Below, in pieces: positions 9,494 to 19,158 of a stretch of 60,122 nucleotides of DNA (positions within the stretch are counted from its first letter, which is position 1; each line of letters starts with the position of its first letter). Both the position numbers and the translations under genes were made by a program. Source of the DNA: Candidatus Micrarchaeota archaeon (lineage in GTDB: Archaea; Micrarchaeota; Micrarchaeia; Anstonellales; Bilamarchaeaceae); NCBI GenBank assembly GCA_040754495.1, contig JBFMCO010000056.1, forward strand, positions 1 through 60,122. The letters are read 5' to 3'. The notes under the pieces were generated by a model. The model was not told where the DNA came from. It made no database searches and was given only the letters and a program-made list of their open reading frames with translations.

Positions 9494-12400
9494 TCATGTC
9501 TGGGCCATCGCCTGCTTCAGCTTTATGCCGACCAGCTTCGATGCGCCGTCGGCCTTGGTGACCCCTATTACCGATTCGGCATGCGACATCACCGTGTCGT
9601 TGTGCGTCACCATGACGAACTGGCTGTCCCCGCTCATCCTGGCAACCAGGTCAGCGAGGTTCTTGCTGTTGGGCTTGTCGAGCGCGGCGTCCACCTCGTC
9701 GAGGATGTAGAACGGCGCGGGCTTGAAAAGCTGCAGCGCGAATATGAACATGAGGGCCACCAGGGTCTTCTCCCCGCCCGAGAGCGCATCGAGCGAGTGC
9801 TCCTGGTTGTTCCTCCTGAGCTTTATGAACAGCCCGCTTTCGAACGGGTTGGCAGGGTCGTTCAGGTAGAGGTGGCCCTGGCCGACGTTTATGTGCTTGA
9901 ACATGTTCGCGAAGTTCTGGCTGACCGCCTGGAAGGTCTCGAAGAAGGCGTCCTTCTTGTGCTCCTCTATCTCCCCTATCATTGCCAGTATCGCCTCCCG
10001 CTCGGTGTCGAGCTGGCCCATCTTCCCCTCGACCTCCTCTATCTCGGCCTTCTTCCGGTCGAACATCTCTATCGCGGCCATGTTCACGTTGCCCAGCGTC
10101 GCAAGCGTCCGCTCGGCCTCGCCCACCATGCGGGAAAGCTCCTCTCTGCCGGCATCAATCTGCTCGGCCCCCTCGTAAGATGCGAACTCCGCCTTCAGGT
10201 CCTCGAGCCTTGTCGTGGCGGTCGCCTTCCTGACCGTGAACTGGTTCATGTCCTTCTGCAGCCTCTCGAGCTCCAGCCTCGCATGGCCGCGCTTGCCCCC
10301 GAGCGTCTGAAGATGGCCCTCGAAGCCTTTCATCTGCTCGAAGAGCTTTTCGATTTCCTTGCTCGCCGAGCTTATCTTCTCCTCGAGCGCAGTGAGCTCC
10401 CTCTCCTCATCCTTCATCAGCCTGCTGGTCTCGCTGATTTTCGCGCGAGTCTCCCTCTCATCCTCTGCGAGCCTGCCCCGGCGCTCCTCCCTTGCCGAGC
10501 ACTGGTTCTTCCTGAGCGCGAGCTCGTTCCTCCGCCCGTCTATGGACGCCTTCAGCGATGAGACCTTCGCGCTGAGCTCCTCCCTCTTCTTAGAGCTCGC
10601 CTCGGTCTGCTTCATGAACGCCCCTTCCGCCTCCTCGAGGCGCTTCCTCAGCGAGGCGCCATCCTTTTCGAGCTTCAGGATTGCCGCGGCGAGCTCCTCC
10701 CTCTCCTTCTGCCTCTGCGCAACGGATTCCTCCAGGCTCTTTATGTCCGAGGCTATCTGCTCCCTGCGTCTGAAGAGGTGCTCGCTCTCCTTGCGCCTCT
10801 CCTGCGCCAGGCGCTCCTGCATCTCGAGCGTCTTTATCCTGACCTCCAGCTTCGAGCGCTCGCCCCGGATGCGGCTCTCCCCCTCCCTTATGGCCGAGAG
10901 CTCGCTCATGAACGCGTCCTTCGTGTCCTTCACGCCGGCCAGCTCGTCCTCTATCTTGCGGAGCATGTGGGCGCTCAGCATGCTGCTCTGCCCCCTGCCG
11001 CCGCTCACTATTCCGGAGCGCTCGAATATCTCGCCATCCAGCGTCACCATCCTGTGCGTTCCGACGCCGAGCTTCTTCGCGTCCGATACGGTGTCGACGA
11101 GCAGCGTGTCAGCAAACACGTACTCGACCGCCCTGCGCACATCCTCCTTGCAGCTTATGACCTCCCGGACAGAGGAGAACCTGCCGTTTTTCGCCGGTGC
11201 AGGCGTCCTTATCGAGTCGAGCGGGATGAACGTGGCCCTGCCTGCCCTGGCCTTCTTCAGCTTCTCTATAGTCGCGGTGGCGGTGTCCACGCTGTCCACG
11301 ACGACATACAGGAGCCTGGAGCCGCCCGCGGCCTCGACCGCGGCTGCATGCTCCGCATCGAATGCTATCAGGTCGGCGACAGTCCCGTATATGCCGCTGC
11401 CGCGGTCCTTTATCATCTCGGCGATGAAGCTGAGCGCGGGGTTGGCAAGGTGTGGCGACGTGCGGACCTTGAATATCGAGGCCTTCTCCTTGAGCTCCAG
11501 CATCTGCCTGTCGAGCTCATTCATCCGGGCGTTTATCTCCTTTATCCTGGAAAACGAGCCATCGAGTTCCCTGCCCAGCCTCTCGGCCTCCATGCGCAGG
11601 GCATTGACGTCCTCCACGGCCGCCTCCTCCTGGAGGTCCTTTGGAAGTATGCTGCCCTCCTCCTCCCTCTTGCTTTCGATGAGCTGCTTCTTTGCCGATG
11701 TCTCGGATTCGATGAATATGAGCTTCTCCCGGGCCGAGGACAAGCCTGCGTCGTGCGCTTCCACGGCCTTCCTCATTGCGGTCAGCGTCTGGTCCTCGGA
11801 GAACCCGCCGGCGGCAGCGAGCTCCTTTTCCGCATCCGCAAGGGCCGTGCGCAGGGACACCGACTCCTTCTCGATGGCCTCTATCGCCTCCCGCTCCCGC
11901 GCTATCTCGTCCTGGAGGCCTTCCCTCTCGCCCTTCATGGCAAGGAGGGCCCCCTCCCTGTCCTCGATGAACTGTTTCCTGGATGCCGCGGAGGCCTTGA
12001 GCTCCTCCAGCCTCCGTATGAGCGCGTTGGTCTTCTGCTTCGCCTGCATCTCGCTGCTTGTCTGCGCCCTCAACGCATCGACCTGGGAAATCTCCGCGTC
12101 GATTGCCGCAAGCTCCCGCTCTATCGCGGCCCTGGACGAGAGCAGCTTCTCCTCGCCCTTCACTGCCTCGGCAAGGTCCTTTTCAAGCTTCCCTATCTCG
12201 GTCCGGAGCAGGGTGCCCTTGGCGTTCGTGAGCATCTTCTTCGCTTCGGTATACTTCAGGGCGACTTCCTTCTCCCGCCCGAGCTCGTCGAGATACGCCC
12301 TGCGCTCGCCCAGGATGACCCTCGCCTCCTTTATCCGCTCCTCCACGGTCTGCAGCTCGCGCAGCGCCTCCTTCTTCTTCTCCTCGAAATCGGCTATCCC

Positions 12401-12862
12401 TGCCACGCTGTCTATTATGGCCCGCCTCTCCTTCCCGTTCATGCTGATTATGCGCTGGACCTCCCCCTGCGCGATGGTGTTCCTGCCGCTCTCGTCGAGG
12501 TTGTGCCTCTTGAGGGCCTCCAGGATGGCGCTCCGGGTGGTGCGCTTCCCGTTCAGCCTGTACCTGATTTTGCCGTCATCACGGATGGCGCGCTTTATCT
12601 CGTAGCCGTGCCCGTCGTTGTCGCTCCCGAAGACCAGCACGACCTCGGCGCTCTTGGAGCCGCTGTTTATGAGGTCCCGGACCTTCTTGGCCCGCAGCGA
12701 GCGCAGGCTGGTCTCGCCCATCGCGAACCGGATTGCGTCGCAGAGGTTGGATTTCCCGCTGCCATTGGGGCCTGCGAAGCATATGAACGTCTTTGGCAGT
12801 TGGATGTCCGCTGCCTTGAAAGATTTGAAATTCCTCAGTTTGAGGCGGGAGATGAAAACCAT
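9494..12862 (-). CDS. smc: Chromosome segregation SMC ATPase
   Basis: Walker A GPNGSGKSN, long coiled coils, hinge GIYGTVADLI...GRATFIPL, LSGGE, Walker B ILDEVD. Confidence 0.97.
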   Translation of the reverse strand: MVFISRLKLRNFKSFKAADIQLPKTFICFAGPNGSGKSNLCDAIRFAMGETSLRSLRAKKVRDLINSGSKSAEVVLVFGSDNDGHGYEIKRAIRDDGKIRYRLNGKRTTRSAILEALKRHNLDESGRNTIAQGEVQRIISMNGKERRAIIDSVAGIADFEEKKKEALRELQTVEERIKEARVILGERRAYLDELGREKEVALKYTEAKKMLTNAKGTLLRTEIGKLEKDLAEAVKGEEKLLSSRAAIERELAAIDAEISQVDALRAQTSSEMQAKQKTNALIRRLEELKASAASRKQFIEDREGALLAMKGEREGLQDEIAREREAIEAIEKESVSLRTALADAEKELAAAGGFSEDQTLTAMRKAVEAHDAGLSSAREKLIFIESETSAKKQLIESKREEEGSILPKDLQEEAAVEDVNALRMEAERLGRELDGSFSRIKEINARMNELDRQMLELKEKASIFKVRTSPHLANPALSFIAEMIKDRGSGIYGTVADLIAFDAEHAAAVEAAGGSRLLYVVVDSVDTATATIEKLKKARAGRATFIPLDSIRTPAPAKNGRFSSVREVISCKEDVRRAVEYVFADTLLVDTVSDAKKLGVGTHRMVTLDGEIFERSGIVSGGRGQSSMLSAHMLRKIEDELAGVKDTKDAFMSELSAIREGESRIRGERSKLEVRIKTLEMQERLAQERRKESEHLFRRREQIASDIKSLEESVAQRQKEREELAAAILKLEKDGASLRKRLEEAEGAFMKQTEASSKKREELSAKVSSLKASIDGRRNELALRKNQCSAREERRGRLAEDERETRAKISETSRLMKDEERELTALEEKISSASKEIEKLFEQMKGFEGHLQTLGGKRGHARLELERLQKDMNQFTVRKATATTRLEDLKAEFASYEGAEQIDAGREELSRMVGEAERTLATLGNVNMAAIEMFDRKKAEIEEVEGKMGQLDTEREAILAMIGEIEEHKKDAFFETFQAVSQNFANMFKHINVGQGHLYLNDPANPFESGLFIKLRRNNQEHSLDALSGGEKTLVALMFIFALQLFKPAPFYILDEVDAALDKPNSKNLADLVARMSGDSQFVMVTHNDTVMSHAESVIGVTKADGASKLVGIKLKQAMAQT

Positions 12863-13001
12863 CGCTTCAACCGGTGGCTAATCTCAGGGCAGGTTAAAAA
12901 GCGTTTCCCGCAGCGCTTCCACCACCGGCTAGTTAGTCATTTTTAAACACTTCTTAATACATTTATGGCCAGAGGCAACCGAAATCGCCAGGGAAACCCA
13001 T

Positions 13002-13946
13002 ATGTTCGCCACAAAGGTAAAAAGTACTGCCAAGCGGTCGGCAGCATTCGCCTCCATGTGCGTGCTTACCGCAGGCCTCATGCTTTCATGCAAGGATGGC
13101 GGCACTGCCGCCTCCCCGGGAGCCCAGCCCAGCGAAGCCGCAACGGCCGGCCCGTCACGGCCAGCCTCCCCGCGTGCGGACGCCCTGTATCCGGGATTCA
13201 CCAACGGCTGTCCCGAGTGGATGGTCCGCGTCCCCAGCCCGCCCCGGGATTTCTGCATAGACCGGTTCGAGGCATACGCCACCGAGCTCACGGAAAACGG
13301 GGAGGCCCCCCACCCGTCGTCCGTGCCCCCGAGGAACAAGAGGATACTCGCAAAGGTCGCGCCTGGAGCGCTTCCCCAGTCCTCGGTGAACCGCTTCCAG
13401 GCCGACGAGGCCTGCCGGAACGCGGGAAAGAGGCTCTGCACCGTCTTCGAATGGAAGCGCGCGTGCATGGGCCCGTCCGGGACCATCTTCCCGTACGGCG
13501 AAAAGGAGGTTGCCGGCAAATGCAACACGAGGAAGGTGCACATCCTTTCAGTCTTCTCCGGCAACGACAACAAAAAATGGAGCGCGTTCGACATGAACAA
13601 CCCCATGCTGAACAAGCTTGAAGGCTTCCTCGCGAAAACCGGCGCTTATCCGGAATGCCGGAGCGGGTATGGTACCTACGACCAGGTCGGAAACCTACAT
13701 GAATGGGTCAGCGACCTGGTGGATGAGCGCCTGGCCGGGAGCATGGGAGTCTCGGGCGGCGATGAACTGAAGGCCAGGCAGAAGATTCGGGAGATTGTCG
13801 GGCATGGCATTTTCATGGGCGGCTTCTACAGCACCGGGGCGCAGAACGGCACGGGCTGCGACTACATGACAATAGCGCACCTGCCGGACCATTTCGATTA
13901 TTCGACCGGATTCCGCTGCTGCGGCGATGCTGCGGGGATGAAATGA
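13002..13946 (+). CDS. Formylglycine-generating-enzyme (SUMF1/PvdO) domain lipoprotein
   Basis: FCIDRFE, CRNAGKRLCTVFEWKRAC, FPYG, YDQVGNLHEWV, STGFRCC; N-terminal LMLSC lipobox-like motif. Confidence 0.85.
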   Translation: MFATKVKSTAKRSAAFASMCVLTAGLMLSCKDGGTAASPGAQPSEAATAGPSRPASPRADALYPGFTNGCPEWMVRVPSPPRDFCIDRFEAYATELTENGEAPHPSSVPPRNKRILAKVAPGALPQSSVNRFQADEACRNAGKRLCTVFEWKRACMGPSGTIFPYGEKEVAGKCNTRKVHILSVFSGNDNKKWSAFDMNNPMLNKLEGFLAKTGAYPECRSGYGTYDQVGNLHEWVSDLVDERLAGSMGVSGGDELKARQKIREIVGHGIFMGGFYSTGAQNGTGCDYMTIAHLPDHFDYSTGFRCCGDAAGMK

Positions 13947-14293
13947 TGGGAAGGCGCCTCAGGCCGGCCGCGCGTAGGGATTCACCGGAGCGCACCCCTT
14001 TCACGCGGTTGGGATTCCTCACGCTCGTCCCTGATTCCGCGGACGGGATAACCAGGACTGTCGAGCTATACGCATGCCTTCTCCAGCACGATTCGCCCGC
14101 AGTCTCGCAGGCCCGGTTCCGCTCCCAGGGACACCTGGACCAGATAGATATATGCACCTCCATCTACTGCCTGTCCCCGGAAGCCGCAGGGAAACTCGTG
14201 AAAGAGCTCAGGATAATCGCCGAGATGAGCATTCACCGCGATGTGCGCATAGCCGCCCTGATGAAGCTCGTGGAGCTCGAGCTCTCGAAATGA
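13943..14293 (+). CDS. Hypothetical protein
   Basis: 116-aa ORF overlapping the upstream stop (ATGA). Confidence 0.55.
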   Translation: MMGRRLRPAARRDSPERTPFTRLGFLTLVPDSADGITRTVELYACLLQHDSPAVSQARFRSQGHLDQIDICTSIYCLSPEAAGKLVKELRIIAEMSIHRDVRIAALMKLVELELSK

Positions 14294-14321
14294 ATATAAT
14301 CCTCCGCTCCTGATTCCCGTC

Positions 14322-15272
14322 ATGAGGCAATTCATTGCCATCGCGGCGCTCGTCCTGCTCATTGGCTGCGCATCGCAAGGGCCTGATTCCCGGACGACCG
14401 CTTCCCGCTCCGAAGCCCTTCCTTCGGGCGCAGTAAAGATGGCTCCGTCGTCCGACCTGTACCCGCCAATCCTCCATGCGGAAGGGTGGGAGGCGCCGGT
14501 ACCGGTTCCCGGCCCGATAAACACGGCCGGCGCCGAGGATTCGCCCTTCGCGACCCCTGACGGCGGCACCCTGTACTTTTTCTTCACGCCCGACCCTAAT
14601 ATCCCGCCCGAAAAGCAGCTGCTTGACAACGTGACCGGTATCTGGGTGTCGGAAAAGCGCGGCGGGGCGTGGGATGAACCGGAGCGCGTCGTCCTGCAGG
14701 AGCCGGGCAAGCTCGCCCTTGATGGCTGCGAGTTCGTCCAGAACGATGTCATGTGGTTCTGCTCTGCGCGCGAGGGCTATAGCGGAATCAACCTTTTCAC
14801 GGCAAGGCGCGCGGGCGGGAAATGGGGCGGCATAGCCTACGCCGGGGACGTGCTTATGAAGGATTATCAGGCCGGGGAGATGCATCTTTCGGCCGATGGG
14901 AACGAATTATTTTTCCATTCCGGCCGGAGCGGCGGAAAGGGCGGCCTGGACCTCTGGATGAGCCGCAGGAGCGATGCTGGTTGGGGCGAGCCGGAGAACC
15001 TGGCCGTGCTCAACTCCGCTGATAACGAGGGCTGGCCGTACCTCTCGCAGGACGGCACCGAGCTGTGGTTCACGAGATTCTACCAGGGCAGTCCGGCAAT
15101 ATACCGCTCCATGCAGGCGAATGGCTCATGGGCGGAACCCGAACTCATCGTGTCGCAGTTCGCTGGCGAGCCTACTCTCGATAATGCAGGAAACCTGTAC
15201 TTCACGCACCACTACTACAAGGACGGGAAGATGCTCGAGGCGGACATCTACGTGGCATACAAGATTGGCTGA
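14322..15272 (+). CDS. PD40/TolB-like beta-propeller lipoprotein
   Basis: LLIGC lipobox; repeats INTAGAEDSPFATPDGGTLYF, HLSADGNELFF, LNSADNEGWPYLSQDGTELWF. Confidence 0.85.
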   Translation: MRQFIAIAALVLLIGCASQGPDSRTTASRSEALPSGAVKMAPSSDLYPPILHAEGWEAPVPVPGPINTAGAEDSPFATPDGGTLYFFFTPDPNIPPEKQLLDNVTGIWVSEKRGGAWDEPERVVLQEPGKLALDGCEFVQNDVMWFCSAREGYSGINLFTARRAGGKWGGIAYAGDVLMKDYQAGEMHLSADGNELFFHSGRSGGKGGLDLWMSRRSDAGWGEPENLAVLNSADNEGWPYLSQDGTELWFTRFYQGSPAIYRSMQANGSWAEPELIVSQFAGEPTLDNAGNLYFTHHYYKDGKMLEADIYVAYKIG

Positions 15273-15375
15273 AATTATGGCAAACATCGGAATTTTCAGG
15301 GCCGGCATCCCCCCTACCCTCCTGGTTTTCCACTAATAGACACCATTATAAATACCTTCATACATAAATTATAAC

Positions 15376-16302
15376 ATGCATACTCTCAGGTCCAGCCATA
15401 GGGATACTTACATCCATATCAGCTTGGCCAGTGACGTCCCTTCCGGCGCGCCTACCCTCAGGAACAAGGTGAGGGGTTCCCTCCCTGCCTTCGACCGCCT
15501 GCCCGGCAGGAAAGGGAGCTACAAGCTGGTCAACGAGCTCGGAAACGGGGGGATGGGCATTGTCTGCCTCGGCGAATCCGAATCCACCGGAAACAAGGTG
15601 GCAGTAAAATTTTCCCTGCCAGAGAGCAATTCCTATATCGCCAGGGAATACTATGCGCTTGAAGCGGTGGCTCACCCGAATATCGTCCAGGTGCTGGATG
15701 GCGGCGTCGTGGAAGGCAGGTATTTCCTCGTCATGGAGCTGCTGAGGGGCAATGACCTCCATTCCCTGATTTTCGCCCATAACGCGCTCGAGCCGGATGT
15801 TGCGATAGAGATAACCCTCCAGGCCCTGGATGGCCTTGGCGCGGCGCACCGGGCCGGCGTCCTTCACTGCGACCTCAAGCCGGCCAACATCTTCCTGGCG
15901 GATTCGGATGACTCAATGACCGTCAAGATTATCGACTTCGGGCTCTCCAAGAAGCTGGGGGAAGGCCCGTCGGGCCGGGGCTTCGGGACGCCCGGGTTCA
16001 TGGCGCCTGAACAGGCCGCCGGAGAGTACATGGACCAGAGGTCAGACATCTTTTCCCTGGGCGCAGTCCTGTTCAACATGCTCACCGGAAGGGAGCCTTT
16101 TTCAGGCACTAGCTATGAAAAAACGGTGCAGACGCTGAGCACCTGCCCCCCGCCGCCTTCCTCGCTGGCTCCCATGGTCCCCCAGGTGCTGGACAATATC
16201 GTCATGCGTGCAATGGAAAAGGACCCCGGGAAGCGGTTCGGGTGCGTGTCCGAATTCAGGGAAAGCCTCGAGCAGGCCCTTGGAGCTATTGCGTCTGCCT
16301 GA
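15376..16302 (+). CDS. Bacterial Pkn2-type Ser/Thr protein kinase
   Basis: LGNGGMG, VAVK, HPNIV, HCDLKPANI, DFG, GTPGFMAPEQ, RSDIFSLG. Confidence 0.93.
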   Translation: MHTLRSSHRDTYIHISLASDVPSGAPTLRNKVRGSLPAFDRLPGRKGSYKLVNELGNGGMGIVCLGESESTGNKVAVKFSLPESNSYIAREYYALEAVAHPNIVQVLDGGVVEGRYFLVMELLRGNDLHSLIFAHNALEPDVAIEITLQALDGLGAAHRAGVLHCDLKPANIFLADSDDSMTVKIIDFGLSKKLGEGPSGRGFGTPGFMAPEQAAGEYMDQRSDIFSLGAVLFNMLTGREPFSGTSYEKTVQTLSTCPPPPSSLAPMVPQVLDNIVMRAMEKDPGKRFGCVSEFRESLEQALGAIASA

Positions 16303-17074
16303 CTTTTTTTCCGGCAAGAGGTTTCGAGCGCTTCCAGAACTGGTCGAAATACGACCTGAATGAGTCCGCTATCTCCCTGCTCACTATCTCCATCGTAATG
16401 GGCTCGGCCGATATCGTGATTATAAGAGTGGTGTCCTTGAACACCTCTATCTCGGCCGGCGTGACCATGCCGGTTGGCATGTACCTTGCTTCGCAGAGGG
16501 GGAGGCTGTTCCTGTGGGCAATGACCTTCCTTTCCACATCCGCATTGAAGAGTATCCTGCACCTGATGCCCTGGGCCGCCCTTCTGCTGTGGTCGCTCCT
16601 CCAGAACCTCTCGAGCGCCTGCCATGTTTTGGCGCCGGGCGCGCCGAGGGCGCAATACACCTCGCCCCTTTTTAGCTTCAGGTAGAGGTGCTCGTGGGCC
16701 ACGCGGAGCCCCTTGAAGCCCTGGTAGACGGTGATGTTCTGGGTGCTCCCCTGCTGGCTGTGGAACGCCTCAAGGCTCGGCAGGAACCTTCCGAACTCCT
16801 CGTCGAGCCTCCCATACTCCTCCTGCCTCTCCCGGATGTAATCCCTTATCTTGGCAGGCTCGACGGCCTGGAAGCACCTCACTCCGCGCCTGTCCACGTG
16901 AGATGCCATCCCCTTCTTCTCGAGGCTGTCCATGACCAGATAAACCTTCGACCGTGATACGCCGGAATTCTTCGCTACCATTCCGGCGGCGCCAGGGCCG
17001 CTTTTCAGCAGGGCAAGATAGGCCTTTATCTCGCCCTTCGTCAGTCCGATCTTCTCGAGTATCGCCGTTTCCAT
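16286..17074 (-). CDS. TrmB-family transcriptional regulator
   Basis: LEKIGLTKGEIKAYLALL, SGVSRSKVYLVMDSLEKKG wHTH; C-terminal effector-type domain. Confidence 0.9.
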   Translation of the reverse strand: METAILEKIGLTKGEIKAYLALLKSGPGAAGMVAKNSGVSRSKVYLVMDSLEKKGMASHVDRRGVRCFQAVEPAKIRDYIRERQEEYGRLDEEFGRFLPSLEAFHSQQGSTQNITVYQGFKGLRVAHEHLYLKLKRGEVYCALGAPGAKTWQALERFWRSDHSRRAAQGIRCRILFNADVERKVIAHRNSLPLCEARYMPTGMVTPAEIEVFKDTTLIITISAEPITMEIVSREIADSFRSYFDQFWKRSKPLAGKKVRQTQ

Positions 17075-17117
17075 ACCTCCCGCTTTGCCCGGAAGGTTTT
17101 ATATTTGCACCTAACTT

Positions 17118-17150
17118 TGTCTCCCCATTGGGGGACGACATTATTTAAAT
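17118..17150 (+). promoter_or_regulatory. Palindrome (candidate operator) abutting the TATA box of the lipoprotein array
   Basis: TGTC-TCCCC-ATTG-GGGGA-C-GACA at 17118..17140, then TTATTTAAAT at 17141..17150, between divergent genes. Confidence 0.45.
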
Positions 17151-17201
17151 AGCACTTTGTTGTCATTTGTAAATCAAAATGTAATTCTAGGGTGGGATGA
17201 G

Positions 17202-18080
17202 ATGAAGCTTTATCGGAAGGAACGTCTTGGGGAGGAAAAACGGGGGGACGATGGCCGCAGGAAACTTCTGGGCGCGGCATTGCTTGGCGGAGGCCTGGCA
17301 CTTGGGGGCTGCGGCGACAGCATATACAACTACTATTACACCGGCCCTGATGGCGGGGCGAAAAACGCGGATTCCGCACCAAAATCCGATTCGCCCGTGG
17401 CGGATTCGCTCGCGGCCGATGCGTGCATATCGAATGCGAAGATTCGTTCATGCACGGATGCTGTCATAGTCGCCGGCTTTGTCAACCAGGGGGAGTCGCT
17501 TGTCATCCCGTCCCCCACCGGCGCCGGGAATTTCAAGCTCGCTCTTGACGACGGGCAGGTTCTCGACGGCAAGAACTACGCCGTCGTTTCCCTGCTGGAT
17601 GACTGCGGCAACATCCTGATGAAATCAAAAATCGGGGAGGGCTCAACAAAAAAGCTCGTGCTCGACGGCAGAACCCTTGAAGTGACCGTGGAGGAAGCGG
17701 CATTCGGCCTCACATTCGGAGCCAAGTGGGCCAACTTCACGGTCAAGGCACCCTGCGAGGATGCCACGCAGTACTGGTGCCCTGCAGTTGCCGGCATCCT
17801 GAACCAGGGGGAGAGCATCGCGGTCGACAACCTGAAATTCCAGCTCGACGACCTTGCGACGACCGGGGGGATTAACTCCGCGATTATCTCCGTGCTCGAT
17901 GCTAACGGCGCAATACTGACGAAGACCAAGGTCGCCGAAGGCACATCGGTCGAGGTCTCGTTCGCTGGCAAGCTGTACCTCTTGACCGTCAAGAGCGTCG
18001 CTCCTGGCTACACGTTCGGGGCCAAATGGGCCGACATAGAGATTTCCGGCAAGGCGGACAAGCCGTGCGGCTCGCCGTGA
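17202..18080 (+). CDS. Lipoprotein-like surface protein 1 (two tandem beta-sandwich-like repeats)
   Basis: Charged n-region plus LLGAALLGGGLALGGC; internal repeat G.lNQGES...SlLD..G.IL.K.K..EG...FGAKWA. Confidence 0.8.
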   Translation: MKLYRKERLGEEKRGDDGRRKLLGAALLGGGLALGGCGDSIYNYYYTGPDGGAKNADSAPKSDSPVADSLAADACISNAKIRSCTDAVIVAGFVNQGESLVIPSPTGAGNFKLALDDGQVLDGKNYAVVSLLDDCGNILMKSKIGEGSTKKLVLDGRTLEVTVEEAAFGLTFGAKWANFTVKAPCEDATQYWCPAVAGILNQGESIAVDNLKFQLDDLATTGGINSAIISVLDANGAILTKTKVAEGTSVEVSFAGKLYLLTVKSVAPGYTFGAKWADIEISGKADKPCGSP

Positions 18081-18101
18081 TATTTCGTTTGAGGTGGGGA
18101 T

Positions 18102-18602
18102 ATGAAGTTGAAGCGCGTTGATACCGGGAGTGATGCGGGAAGGCAGGCAGCTTTCGCAGCGAAAGCGCTGCTCGTCGGGACGCTGATTGCCGGATGCACG
18201 CCTGACGTGCACATCAACAACAAGTTCTACGACCCGAACGCAAGCGATGCGGGCTGCACATCCGTGACGAACTGCGCGAAGCAGGCGTTTTCCCTCCGGC
18301 CAAATGGGAGCAAGGCAGGTCCGGACAGGGTGGCCCTCGACGGATGGACCGTGAGGCTCGTGGAAATCTCCGATTCCGGGAGCACGAAAGCGGCAAAGCT
18401 GGAGTTCGAATCATGCGGGCAGAAGGCGGAGAGCGCCTTCCTGCCCAAGACCGTGGCGACGATTACCGCGGGGAGGGATTCCTTCTCCGTGAGCCTGGAC
18501 TCGATAGAGTACGACGCGGCGGGCCTTATGGTATACGTTTCGGTCGCTCCGGCCTGCAAAAACGACGCCGGGGCGAAGAAGAGCGACGCGAAAAAGGGGT
18601 AG
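18102..18602 (+). CDS. Lipoprotein-like surface protein 2
   Basis: ALLVGTLIAGC; GAGGTG RBS; paralog of 31026..31589. Confidence 0.8.
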   Translation: MKLKRVDTGSDAGRQAAFAAKALLVGTLIAGCTPDVHINNKFYDPNASDAGCTSVTNCAKQAFSLRPNGSKAGPDRVALDGWTVRLVEISDSGSTKAAKLEFESCGQKAESAFLPKTVATITAGRDSFSVSLDSIEYDAAGLMVYVSVAPACKNDAGAKKSDAKKG

Positions 18603-18608
18603 GGGGAT

Positions 18609-19151
18609 ATGCAGGGGACGCAGGAATGCATCGGAAGAAAGAAGGAGGGGGCGAGGCGAAATGCATGGCTGCTTGCCGGCGGCATCATGCTCGCGGCCGG
18701 ATGCGGCGGGCAGGATAGCAAATACGCGCCGCTGCCCCACAGCGACGCCTCGGCCAGGGACGGCCTCAGGACGGACGGCAAAAGGGATTCAAGGCCCTAC
18801 TCGAAAAAGGCAGATGCAAGGCCCGATACGGCCAAGCCCGATTCCAAACCGAAACCGGACAGCCGCCTGCCGTGCGCCGGCTCGCACGACGAAACTGTCC
18901 TGCAGAAGGTTTTCGAAAAGGGGCAGGACATCGAGGTCGGCGGCTACTACCTTACTTACAAGTCGTACACGGTCTCGACAGCCACCTTCGATATAAGGTG
19001 CGCGTCGGACGGTAAAGCCGTCGCGACCGGGTTCGTCTGCAAGATGGACAGCGCGGTGTCTGTCAGCGACGGCGCCAACAAGCTGACGCTGACCGTGCAC
19101 AACAAGAACACGTTCCAGGCGGTCGCCAGCGTGAGCGTTGATGCTTCATGA
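18609..19151 (+). CDS. Lipoprotein-like surface protein 3
   Basis: LLAGGIMLAAGC; K/P/D/S linker; C-terminal GGYYL...NKNTF domain. Confidence 0.8.
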   Translation: MQGTQECIGRKKEGARRNAWLLAGGIMLAAGCGGQDSKYAPLPHSDASARDGLRTDGKRDSRPYSKKADARPDTAKPDSKPKPDSRLPCAGSHDETVLQKVFEKGQDIEVGGYYLTYKSYTVSTATFDIRCASDGKAVATGFVCKMDSAVSVSDGANKLTLTVHNKNTFQAVASVSVDAS

Positions 19152-19158
19152 GGTGTTT

